NCBI GenBank assembly: GCA_050613775.1
Contig: JBODTK010000118.1
Span: 124,001 to 188,000 of the forward strand
Length of the DNA: 64,000 nt
DNA from: Neocallimastix sp. 'constans'
Lineage: Eukaryota
Reading direction: 5' to 3'
The stretch's first letter is position 1. Each line of letters begins with the position of its first letter. Positions 17,353 to 42,735 of this stretch are shown here, one piece after another. The notes below the pieces were generated by a model, which made no database searches, was not told where the DNA came from, and was given only the letters and a program-made list of their open reading frames with translations. Made by a program: the position numbers and the translations under genes.

Positions 17353-20320
17353 ATGAATAATCCCTTATTTAATCAATTAAATAGAGAAAATAATTTAAAA
17401 GGTTCGGACAGTCAGCTAATTTTCAGTCATCAATCACAAACAAATAATGAAAATAGTAATAATCAATTAAAATCACCGACTTCAGATAGTCTTTTATATA
17501 ATAACATACAACCAGCTTCAGAATTATTTAGTAATTCAGCAAAAGAGCCCGAATTTTCAATATCTACAGATAATACAAATGAAAATCAAAATTTGTTAAA
17601 TTCTTTCAATATGACTTCTCCAATAACTCGAAATAATTTAAATACTGGTCAATATCCACAACAAAATCAAATTTCAGGTCAAAATATAAATAATCAAAAT
17701 ACCCAATATTTATCAGTTAATTCGACACCGGTATCAAACCAACTGAATTCAAATATAAAACAGGAAAATATATTTGATACTTTAGCCTTTAATTCAACAA
17801 ATAATACAAATAATAATTGGCCTGATTATTTGACAAGTCAACAACCAACCCAGAATCAACAACAAACCATTAATAACTATAACACAACAAATAATATATC
17901 TAATATTATGGATAGCTATAATAATTTTGACTCCAATTCTAATGGAAATGCATTGAATAATAATCAAATGATAAATTCGAATTTCCCAAATTTCTACTCT
18001 CAAATGAATACTAATCAAAATCAAAATACATTTTCACCAACACCCCAAAATCAAATGAATCTTTTACAAGATTATACTCAATCTCAACAACAAAATACTT
18101 ATAACCAAAATCAAACGACAATGAATGATCCTTTACAAATGAACATACAACAAAATATTAATCAACCACAAGAACAAAATTCTATGAACTATAAACAAAA
18201 TACAAACTATAATGCTAATTTTGCAGATCCAGAAATGTTTAAATCTTTACCATCGCTTAATCAATATAATGGTAATAATAACGTAATTTCAACTAATGTA
18301 AATAACTCCAATACTACGAATAATATATTACAAAATTCAATGAATGATCCATTGAATGTAAATAATATCATGAATACTTCTACTCCTCCCCCACGTACTA
18401 ATAACGTGATAAATAACAATATGAATATGCAAAGTAATAATATTCAACATCCAATTAATAATAATATTTTAAAGCAAGAAAATAGACTTTCAAACAATTT
18501 ATACAATAAAAATGCAGATAATTCAAATAATTTTCAACTAAACATGGAACGTACAAATTCAGGCATAATGGAAAGAAGTAGTAGTAACCAACTTCAAAAT
18601 ACTGAAAATCCATTATCAGTTAAAACTAACTCATTCCAAACAGTTAATTCAATCGAAGTTAATTCACCAAGAATTAATTCTGTTGTTTCCATAGATACAG
18701 ATAAATCTTCCCTTTTATCACCATTGCCAGAAATTAAACCTTCAAGTATTACATGGGAAAGGTTATTCTCATCTTTAGAATTACCACCATCATTTTTAAA
18801 CTGTCAAACTCCTCCATTGCCTGAATCCTCAAAAATATCATTAGATAATTGGGTGGATCCAGATATATTCTTCTTAATACCAAATTCAGACTCTTTAATT
18901 GATTATTTAAAAAAGCATTTCCCAAAAGATACTGTATTTAATAGAGGTTTACCAAAAGTAGAAGAAAATGATAAATATCCAGAAGGAACAGGTATTTTAA
19001 TTACTAGTCAATCCTGGCATGCATTAGCCATACTTACTAAAAAGCAAATTTTATCTACCCCTCCTACTAAAGTAGATACATTAATGAAATTATGGTATTG
19101 TCATATTTTAGCCTTATCTAAACTAGGTTTAATTCAAATAGCTAGGGCAGAAATTCAAAAACTTGGTGATTTTGAAAATGATCCGAAGTTTCAATTTGAA
19201 TCATATCCAGATATTTTCCCAGGATTATATGGTACATTTGTTTCTTTTGAAATTCGTGTATTAAAGGTTTTACTTCTTTCCTATTTAGACGATACAAAAC
19301 AATCTTTAAATGGAATATATGTCCTACTACATGAAACTAAGAAACAAATTAATCATTTAGAAAAAAATATACGTAAATATATATATATAATATTTTAATA
19401 ATATAAAAAATAATAATAATAATAATTATAATAATAAAACATAAATGATAAAATTAAAAGCAACAGTAATAGTATTATCATAATACTTATAATAGTCATA
19501 ATAGTAATAACAATGATTTTATTAATTTTTTTATATATTTATACATAACTTATTTATATATTCTATTATTCAAAATTAAATATAAAATAAATATTAAAAA
19601 TCCTACATATGTAATAATATAGGTGTTCAAGATGGAAACAATGTAAATACATTATGGTTAAGAACATGGAAATCAAGATATATACAACTTCAACTGATTA
19701 TTGCAAGTTTACTAATTAAAATGAAGAATGTACCATCTGCTATTAAAGTTTTGAAAAAAGTTCAAAAAAAATATCCCAAACATCCAGAAATTTTATCTGC
19801 TATTGGTCGTCTTCATATTCAAATTGGAAATCATAATGAAGCCAAAAAATATTTCAGATTGGTGGAAAATTTAATAAAAGATTTAAAGAAATCCATTTCA
19901 AATTATAATCAACCAAATACCCCACTATCCTTAAATACTAATACCATCAACGTAAAACAACTTCATGAGATTATTTTAATGAATCGTTCTTATATCTCTA
20001 TCATGGATAATTTATATGATTTGGCTACACAATCTTTATTGGAAGTTCTTTCTATTAATCCAACTCATCTAGTCGCTGCTAATAATCTAGCATTATGTTA
20101 TTTATATCAAGGACAACTAAAAAAAGCAATTGAAACAATGGAAAATATGATCTCTTCAGGACCAGCCCTAGCTTGTAGTCAAGAATCATTTATATTTAAT
20201 CTTTCCACTATGTATGATTTAACAAGTAATACCTTTTTACATAAGAAAAAATTATGTTTGGATCGAATTGTTAAATATTCTAAAGATGGACTTGCTGTCT
20301 CTTGTTTAAAATTAAATTAA
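17353..20320 (+). CDS. TRAPPC12: Trafficking protein particle complex subunit 12 (TTC15), TPR protein with long N/Q-rich N-terminus; exons 17353-19372, 19623-20320
   Basis: LWYCHILALSKLG..ARAEIQKLGDFENDPKFQFESYPDIFPGLYGTFVSFEIRVL plus C-terminal TPRs (LSAIGRLHIQIG, VAANNLALCYLYQGQL, FNLSTMYDL, CLKL) match TRAPPC12. Confidence 0.88.
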
Positions 20321-21446
20321 AAAAATAAATAAATAAATAGATAAATAAAATAACTAATAATTGATTATAATAATAATAATAAATTATTAAATAGAAAAAA
20401 AAAAAAATAAAAATATAATTATAATTATAAAAAATTAATGAAATTATTCTTTTTAATGAAACATGTATATATATATATATAATATATCCTCAAATTTATA
20501 TATATTTTTTATATAAACCATTATATAAATATATATAATAATTATTATTAAAAAGAAGAAAATTAGGAATTGATTATTTATAAATGCTAGATTAAAATTT
20601 ACTGAACTTTTTTATTTTTTTTTTTTCTTAAAAAAAAAAAAAAAAAAAAGGAGAGAAACCGTTTTTGTTCATTAGTAATTATTAATAAATAAAAGTAATA
20701 TCATGAAAAAATTTTAAAAAATACAAATGCAAATAAAAGTAAATAATAAAATTTAATAAAATTTTATATAAAAATAATTTTAATTTGGTTAAGAAATAAC
20801 AAAGTAATAAAATAAAATTATACTTAATATTTTTTTTTTATAAAAAAAAGAAAAAAACAAACAAAAAAAAAAATAAAAATAAATAAAAAATAAAAATGAA
20901 TAAAAAAAAATAAAATAAAAATAAAGATTATCAGTATTAAAATAATATAAATATAAAAAATAATAAATATAATATTGTATTTTTATATTTAAAATATAAA
21001 AAATTTATTTATTTGTTTATTTATTTATTTAAATATTTATTTATATATGAAAAACCATAAAAAAATTTATTAAGAATTAAAGTTATTTTAAATGATTTTG
21101 TATGAGTTTAAATTTCAAATAAAAAAAAATATTAAAATATTAAATTATATAATTAATAACAATTTAAAATTGTAATATAATTTAAATTATTTTATATAAA
21201 AACAAATAAACTAAAAATTAAAACGTGTTAGAAAGCAGTAATTAAGAATCATTAAAATAAAATTCTAAAGTATTCTCTTATTCTATAAGAATAAAATTCT
21301 TAGAAAAAAAATAACTATTAAATTATTTAAAAAAAAAAATTATAAATATATTTTAAATAATATAAATCAAATTTTAAAAACTAAAAGAAAAAGAAGAAAA
21401 AGATATATAGTAAAAAAAAAAAAAGAAAAAAAAATAAGTAGTTAAA

Positions 21447-22518
21447 ATGGATGAGACTATTGCAGAGGAAACTGCACAAGAATTAGAAGCTGTAGAAGAA
21501 AAAGAAAATACTGAAACAAAACCAGAAGAAACTACAGAGGTTAGTGAAAAACCCGCTGAAGATGTTGCCAACAAACCAACTGAAGAAGTAACAGAAACTA
21601 AAGAAGGCGAAAATAAAAGTGAAGAACCTATCACTGAAGAAGCAAAGCCAGAAGAAGCAGAAAAAAAAGAAGAAGTAGTAGAGAAAAAAGAGGAAGAAGG
21701 AGAGAAAAAAGTAGAAGAAACGGAAAAGAAAGAAGAAGAAAAAAAAGAAGAAAAAGTAGATGAAGTTAAAGAAGAAAAAAAAGAAGAACAAACAGAAGAT
21801 AAAACAAAAGAAGTTGTAGAAGAAAATAAAAATAGTAATACTGAAAATAAATCAGCTGAAGAAACTAAAGAATCCAAATCAGCCAAAAATTCAACTACAA
21901 AGCTCAACGAAAAAGAATCCAAATCAGCAAAAAATTCAACTACAAGACTCAATGAAAAAGATTCAAAAAATGGTAGTGCGTCAAATTTGCAAAGAAGAAG
22001 ACCCTCAAAGGAAATATTAAACAAATATAGGTCAAAATCCAATCTTTATGGTTCAATAAGTAACTTGAAAGGATCCAAAAGTAGTGTATACGGTTCAAAG
22101 AATTTACATGGTAGTTCTATGGTATTAAATCATAATCGTTTTCATGATCAAAGCCAGGAACCAACTGACAGAATTACATTTGAGAATACATATCAATTAA
22201 AACCAGAAAAAAAGTAATTTTTTTTAATAATTTATTATTATTTCATATGAATATATATATACATTTCGTTTTTATTAAATATAAAAATAGATTATTTAAT
22301 TAAACATAAATAAAGTATTAAAATTATATAAAATAAATAAGAAGAGTAATTTTTTAAAGTAATATAATAATATCAAAAAAAAAAATTTTTTTTTATATAG
22401 TATTAATAATATTAATATTATTAATAATAAAAATTTATAAAATAATAATGAATTAAAAATAATTGATAAATAAATGAATTAATAATAATAATTATTATAA
22501 ACAAATAATATAAATAAA

Positions 22519-22611
<93 letters not shown>

Positions 22612-22846
22612 TAATAATAATAAATAATAATAATAAATAATAATAAATATTAGGTTTAGTTCCTATGAAGTTAAAAAAATGCTTGATGAATTATTACAAA
22701 AGAAATTTGTCACAATTCATCAAGAAGAAGATGAAGACCCTGAAACCATCTATTTCCAATATGAAACTGAAAAAGCACAGGAAATGAGTAAAGAACTTGC
22801 TAATGAAATTTTAGAAGAAGTAAAAAGTAAATATATTAATCAAGAA

Positions 22847-22882
<36 letters not shown>

Positions 22883-23244
22883 TGAAAAGTTAAGAAAAAA
22901 TATAATTATATATTTTAATTTATATATTATTTCATAATAATAATAATAATATTTTTATTATTTCTATTATTATTAATTTTTATATTTTATTATTAACTAT
23001 TCTTATTAATTTTATACATATATATATATTAAATTCTTAATTGATTTTAAAGAATTTGAATATGATAGATATAAATTAGTTGTAGATGTAACCATTGGTG
23101 AATATACAGGTCAAGGTGTTAGAATATCATCAAGGGCTATTTGGGATACCAGTACAGATTCTTATGCCTCATCAACTTATAGACATGTAAATATCTATTT
23201 TATTAAAATTTTTTAATTTACATAATAAATTAATATATTTATTT

Positions 23245-23287
<43 letters not shown>

Positions 23288-23521
23288 TTTATTTTATTTT
23301 ATTTATTTATTCATTTATTTATTTATTTATTTATTTATAATTAATTAATTTTGTATTATATATTTATTTTTAATTTTTTGATTATTTTTTTCTTTATCAA
23401 TATTAATTATATAATAATAAAATTTTAAATAATTATATTTTTATTTCATTCTTTTATATTTTATTTAATATAGGGAAATGTATTTGTTTCTGCAATAGTA
23501 TTTGGTTGTTATTATGAATAA
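21447..23521 (+). CDS. Tctex-1 family dynein light chain (TCTEX1D/DYNLT type) with Glu/Lys-rich N-terminal extension; exons 21447-22213, 22654-22826, 23053-23186, 23474-23521
   Basis: ENTYQLKP..KF, DRYKLVVDVTIGEYTGQGVRISSRAIWDTSTDSYAS and VSAIVFGCYYE* form a Tctex-1 domain. Junctions are in frame. Confidence 0.9.
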
Positions 23522-24785
23522 TTATTAACAATATTTGTAATTTTCTATTATCTGTATATTTTTTAAAATAAATAAATAAAATAAATAAATAAAATAAATA
23601 AATAAAATAAATAAAAAAAAAATAAAATATAATAAAATAAAATAAAAAAATAAAAAAAATAAAATATGAAAATCAAAATAGAAAAATAATAAAAATAATA
23701 AAAACAATATAATAAAATATAATTTAATATAATAATAATATATAAAAATAAGATAATATTTTTAAATTTATAAAACAATAATCCTTTTACTAGAAAGTTT
23801 ATACTATTTAAAAATCAATAGATAATTGTCAGGTTATAAATAAAATAATATTATCAAATTAATCAATTAATCAATAAATTTAATTTTAATATTTCTGCTT
23901 AAGAATAATAGTAAGAATTAAGAGAACTTTTAAACAAGGTATCTTGTTTCAACTTTTACCTTTTTTTTCTTATGCATTATTAAATAGTTAAGATATTTAA
24001 ATAAAAATATTTTTTTTTAGTTATATTGTACTTTTTAATTTTTTTAGTTAATAGTAATTTTGAAATTTCCTTTTTAAAATTTGGACAAATAATATTTATT
24101 TTTATTAATTTTGTGTTTTTTAAAAAATAAATATGTACTTAAAATAAATGAATAAATAATAAAGTTCGCAATAAAAAAAATTATTATAATGTCTTATAAA
24201 AATAAATAATAATAGTAATATTATTATTGTTTTAATATTATTATTATTAATTATAATATATATATATTATAATTGTTGATATAATTTTTTAATAAAAATC
24301 CATCTATTTTATTATTATAATTATTAAATTTAAAAAATTATAAAATTAAATTCTTTAATGAAAAGTTAAATTCTTCATTCTTTTAAAATATTATTTTAAC
24401 CTTACTAAAATGTAATTTGTTTTTTAAACATTTTTATTTTATATTAGAAAATTTGAACTATGGTATTTTATTTTTATTATATTTTAAAAATTTAAATATT
24501 TTTTTTCTAGGGTATTACAAAAAAAAAAAAAAAATAAAATAAAATCAAAAATTAAAATAATAAAAAAATAAAAGTTTTATACATTTAAAATTTTTAATGT
24601 TGTAAAAACTTATTTAACTAATATTAATATTATATTTAGTCACATAATTAAACAAGCTTTTTTTTTCATTTTATTTTTATTTTCATAATAGAAATAGTTT
24701 TTTTTATCTAACTAATAAAATAATTAACATAATTATAATCTCTAATAATTGTAATTAATATAATTTTGTTATTAATTAATTATTC

Positions 24786-36667
<11,882 letters not shown>

Positions 36668-37438
36668 ATTTTAATTTTTATTTTTTTTTATTTAAAATAT
36701 CAATATATATAATTTTCTTTTAATTTACTATTTAACTATCCCTTATAATAAATATATTTATTTCAATAATTTTAACTAATCTTTAATATTAATATTCTTT
36801 TTTTATTTTTTGTAAAAATAAAAAAAAAAAAAAAAAGTATAATTAATTTTCGATAAAAAAAAAAAAATTTTTTTCTCAATTTATTAAAAAGAATTGATTA
36901 GAAATGAAAGTATAATTAATAATAAAAATGAAAATGGAAAATAAAATTAAAATTGTTTACCTTTAATCAAAAAATATAGGGAAATATTGATAAATCAAAA
37001 TCCTAATTATTATTGAATAAAAAAAAATTTTTTTTTCAATAATTTTCATTACTTAATTTAATTACATTAATTATATATATTATTATTCTATAATTAATAA
37101 TACTTTTTAATCTTTATATTAATTTTTATATTTCGTATTTTACTTTTTTTTCATATTTTACTTTTTATTTTTCATATTTTATATTTTATATTTTATATTT
37201 TATATTTTATATTTTATATTTTATATTTTACTTTTTTTAAGCTTGAATTAAAAATTTTATTATTTCAATCTTTTTTTTCGGTAAAATAATGAATTAAAAA
37301 AAAAAATTTTTTTTCCTTAAAATTTATATATATACATACATATATATATATTTTTATTGAAATAACAAAAAAAAAACTATAAAGAATAGAGTTATAATTT
37401 GTATAAAAATTATCTATTATATAATCTAATATTCAAGA

Positions 37439-37473
<35 letters not shown>

Positions 37474-39099
37474 AACTTTCCAACTAAACTTATATTTTTC
37501 CTTTTCTTTTTTATTTACTTATATATATATATAAATAGAAGTTGTTTTGTTTTTATTTATTATTTTCTTTTATATTTTTATTTATTATATTATACATTTC
37601 ATTTTCAAATAATTTTTAAATAAATAAAAAAATATTTTATTTTTTTCTTTTTTTTTAAAAAAATATATATGTATAAATTACTCAATCTCTTGAATATTTT
37701 TATTTATTAATCAAAATTTAGATAATGAAAAATTTTAAATAAAATAAAAAAATAAAATTAATAAAATAAAAAAAAAGGTGCTTAAGTCTACAGAGAGAAA
37801 AAATTTTAATTTTTTAAATTTAAAATTTAATTTAATTATAAAAATTTTAAATAATATCTAAAAAATATATATATATATATATATATATATGAAAAGATAA
37901 AATGGAAAAAAATGAAAAAATGAAAATGATGAATAATAAAACCAATAAAGAAAAACTAAAGTAAAGTAAACTTAAACTCAATTGAAAATAATAATAACTA
38001 ATTTAAAATTATAAGAATTTAAAATATTGAATAATAAATAAATATTATTAAATATTAAATTTATTATTATTTCTTATTAGTATTAATATTTGTAAAATAA
38101 TTCCAAATATGATTTAAAATATTTATATACATTTTAAACATAATAAAAAAAAAAAAAAAAAAATAAAAAATAAAATTTAATTAAAAAAAAAAGAAAAAAA
38201 AAAAAAAAAAACTATTTAAATTAATAATTTATATAGAAATCTGTATTATTATTTATTATTATAAATAATGTGTGAAAAAAAAAAAATTAAAATGATAATA
38301 AAAAATTAAAATTAAAATTGTTAATAAGCAACAATAATAATTATAACAGATAATTATTCCAATTAATATTAATATTTATATTTTTAAATAAATATTAATA
38401 TATATAATAAAATTTCAATATATATATTAAATATAGTTATGGCAACCATGGATGATTTATTAATTATTGTGTAATAGATTATATATATTTTTATCATTTA
38501 TCTTTTGTCCATAGGATTGTTTATGCTTTATATTAAATTATTATTGTTTGTAGTATTTATCTGTGTTATTGATATTATTAAAATATTATATTTACTTATA
38601 TATAAATTCCAATGTTTATGATAACAAGTATTTTCCAAAAATTTGATAATTAATTAGTAATTATAATTTATAAATTAATAAAAATTTTTATTATTATTAT
38701 TATTATTATGTTTTTTAGATATATATTTTAATTTTTCTTATTTGTATATTTTTTAAGAGTAATATGTTGTTATTTTGTTTTAATGATTTAATATTGGTAT
38801 TAGTTTTTTTTGTTTTTGTTTTGTTTTTGTTTTTTTTTATTATAATTATTTTTTTTATTTTACCATTTTTAAATAAATTTTTGAAATAGAAGATGAGTAC
38901 TTTTAAGTTTTTAGTGAATCATTATTAATATTTTTTTTTCAAAAATAGGGATATGGTAATAATCATTATAGTTTTTTATTTAAATAGATTTATTATTATG
39001 AAAAAAAATTCTTTTTATGTAATATCAGTAAAGGATGTCTTTATGTTGTCTTTTTTTTTAAAAAAAAAATTTTATAAACAAGTATTTTCTTTATTTTTT

Positions 39100-39525
39100 T
39101 TAAAGTATCATCATTGTATTTTCTTCTGATTTATTTATAGCATAACAGCAACCATAAGCACCAGAATTTGGGAAGAATGAAGTACCTTCATCAGCTACTT
39201 TCTTTATTACTCTTTTTATTGGTCTTATGTATCTTCTTTTTATAATAAAATCCTTTTTAATGGATAAGAATATAATAATAAAAAATAGTAATAATAAAAT
39301 ATTTCAATAAAAAATATTAGAACTATTATTTTCATTATTATTTCTTTTTCAAAATTATATTTTTATATATATAAAAAAAAAAAAAAAAAAAAAAAAAAGG
39401 GAAGAAATCCAAAAACTCACTTGCTTAATACTATCTTCTTCATCTTCACCACAAAATTTTCTTTTTATACTTTCAGAAGTATGTTGAACTTGAAAGTCAG
39501 AAGGGAATTCTAATTGATGAACCAT
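39100..39525 (-). CDS. Small 85-aa hypothetical protein, exons 39525-39421 and 39252-39100 (not in the ORF track)
   Basis: Two GC-elevated blocks joined in frame by a GTGAGT...AAG intron: MVHQLEFPSDFQVQHTSESIKRKFCGEDEEDSIKQ|DFIIKRRYIRPIKRVIKKVADEGTSFFPNSGAYGCCYAINKSEENTMMIL*. Confidence 0.65.
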
Positions 39526-39659
39526 TATAATTTGAAAATATTTATATATAATATCACAAAATAAGGTATGAGTTTGATAATATGTTATTGTTGTTATTTT
39601 ATATATTTAAAGAAAATAGTAGCAGTAAATGGTATATTTTTTTTTCTGAAAAAATAAAA

Positions 39660-39704
<45 letters not shown>

Positions 39705-40272
39705 AATATTGATTAAAAAATTAAAACTTTATAATATTATAGAAATAAAAATAAATATATATATTCTATTTCTATATTTTTTAACAAAGATATAAAGCTT
39801 GAATTATGTAAAATTAAAAAAAAAATTAATCTACATATATTTTTTATTTCAGTATTATCTGATATTTTGATGTTAATAAAAATATTTTATTTTGGTACTG
39901 TTTTGTTGTTACTTTTCGATATAAAAAAATTATATAATTATATATATATTTATTTTAATAAAAATAATATATATTAAGTTTTACTATATTGGTATTATAT
40001 TAGTTAATATTATATAATGTATCAAGTACAAAAATTTATCTATTATAATTGCTGTTAAGATAAGTTTTATTTAAAAAATAAAAAATAAGATAAACCAATT
40101 TTTTATATAATTTCTAATGTTATTGGTATATAAGTTACTTAATAAAGAAATAAAAATTTTAATAGTATTGATAAATATATACTTTTTTATAATTGTTTTT
40201 ATATTATTATATTTCTTATTTTTTGCTTTTTAAAAATTAAAAATTAATAAAAAATATGAAAGTAAGAAAAGA

Positions 40273-40317
<45 letters not shown>

Positions 40318-41490
40318 AAAAAATGTACAAAAAGTGAAGAATTTTGATCTTTTTTTATACTTTTTTTTTTTTATTAATAAAAATATATATTATGTAATGT
40401 AATTTATATATAACAAAAATATCTATTCTTTTTTTATTATCATTTAATTATTATTACTTTTATTATTTGTTTTTTTTTTTTTTTTTTATTTTATTACATT
40501 TTTTTTAAATTTTAATTTATTTAAAACGTAATAAAAAAAAAAGAATATTTAAAATGTAATAAAATTTTTTTTTATTTTTTTTTAAAATAAATAAACTGAA
40601 AATTTTATTCCCATTATAAAAATTAGTTAATTATTGAATATAATTAGTCTATTTAATAGAATTATTAGCAAATTCTCTTCTTTACTTAAACTATGAAAAA
40701 TGTATTGAAATGCAATAATTATTGTAAAAAAAAAAAAAAAAAACGTATTTGTATTTAACAGTTCTTTTTGTAATAATATTATTAAATTATTATGATTATC
40801 ACTATTGATAATCATATTTAAAATAATAATATTATTATTATTATAATAATTAATGTAATAAACTTTATAATTATTATTATATATTATTAATAATTAATTA
40901 ATATCATCATCATCATTATCATCATCATTAAAAATTTTATTATTATTATTATTAATACTATTATTATTATTATTATTATTATTTATGAATTATATATATA
41001 TTATAGTAATAACATAATATTAATAAAAATTAATTTTAAACTATTAAATTATAGAGAGACTATTATTATATATATGATATAATAACATTCTTTAGTTGTC
41101 AATCTATCAATACTAGTAATCATATAAATTATAAATATATAATATTATAAAATATATTAAAAAAAAGTATATAATCTTAATTAACACAAACATATATATA
41201 AATAAGAGCTCACTATAAAAATAAACAATATTATTAAAATTTTATAAACATAAACAAATTAATTAATTATTTATTTATTTATGTTGTATAAAAATAAATT
41301 TAGTTAATGATTAATTAAAAAGAAAACTTTTAAAAGTTAATTATAATATTGTTAAATAATTAAATAAAAACAATCAAATGAATTTATAATAATAACATTT
41401 TTATAATCATCTTTGTATTAGTTTTTATATACATTTAATTATAAATTTTGTGTATCAGAATAAAAATTAAAAAAAACAACAACACACACA

Positions 41491-41542
<52 letters not shown>

Positions 41543-42699
41543 AAAAAAAAAGGGAATACCATTGCTATTTGCTTTGAAAAGTTTTTTCAATCATTTTTTA
41601 AAATTTATGATATATAAAAAAACTACAAAAATGGATTAAAAAAAAAGAATTTACGTTTCTGTATTTAATACCTATCTTAAGAAATGTAAATGTCTTCAGT
41701 AAGAAATTTTTTCTTTTTTATATAGTCATACTTTTAATTTGTTAAGTAACTTAGTATTTTAAATATATTTATAAAGAGAACCATGCCACTAATCACCATT
41801 GTAAAGTGGTTAGAAGTTTAAAATAATCTTTAGAATTTAACTCTAAAAAAAATTTTTATAATTATTATTTAGTTATTGATTAGGAAATAGAATGATTAAC
41901 AAAAGCTATTGTACAAAAATTCAAACTTTTAATACAGTAACATATAAAATATTACATATATATTTATTACAATATTGAAATAAAATTATGATTTTTTGTA
42001 CAATAAATATGGTATTATAAATAGTGTATGAATTTGTTTAAACTCTATATTAAATAAGAATATGATAAAAATTTATATAAACTAATAAATAAATAAATAA
42101 ATATATAGATATATAAGTAAATAAATTATATACAAATAAATAATTAAATATGTAAATATATAGTTAATTAAATAAATAATAAATAATTAAGTATATAAAA
42201 TAATAAATGATTGAAAATATGAAAATTATATAAAACTTAATCATTATGATTATAATACATAATAATAATAAACTTATATAAGTTTAATAACAGTATAGAT
42301 TATATAATAATTTATTCAAAGCGACCTTTTTTTTTTTGTTTTGTTATTATTTAACTAAATAATAATACAATTTAAATTATTAATAATTATATGTTTTTCT
42401 AAGAGCGTAGGAGTTTCATAATTTATTATTTATGAAAAGAATTAATAAATTAATGTTAACTTGTTATAAAAAATATTAAATATTAAATTATCAATTATCA
42501 TTGTTCAATAGCATCATCAAAATTTAAACCCTGAAATCTTTAGTAAAACGTTTAATAAAAATTTAAAAATTTTTTTTATTTTTAAAAAAGTATACAAACC
42601 TTTTTTTATTTATAAACAATTACTATTGAATTATCTTTGATTTTATAATTTAAAATTATAAAATTTTTAAGCTTTTTTATATTTATTATTTATATATAA

Positions 42700-42735
<36 letters not shown>

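Noticed and set aside
41478..41503. (CA)n next to poly(A) as a retroposon tail
   Set aside because: No element body or target-site duplication is visible, and homopolymers are ubiquitous here.
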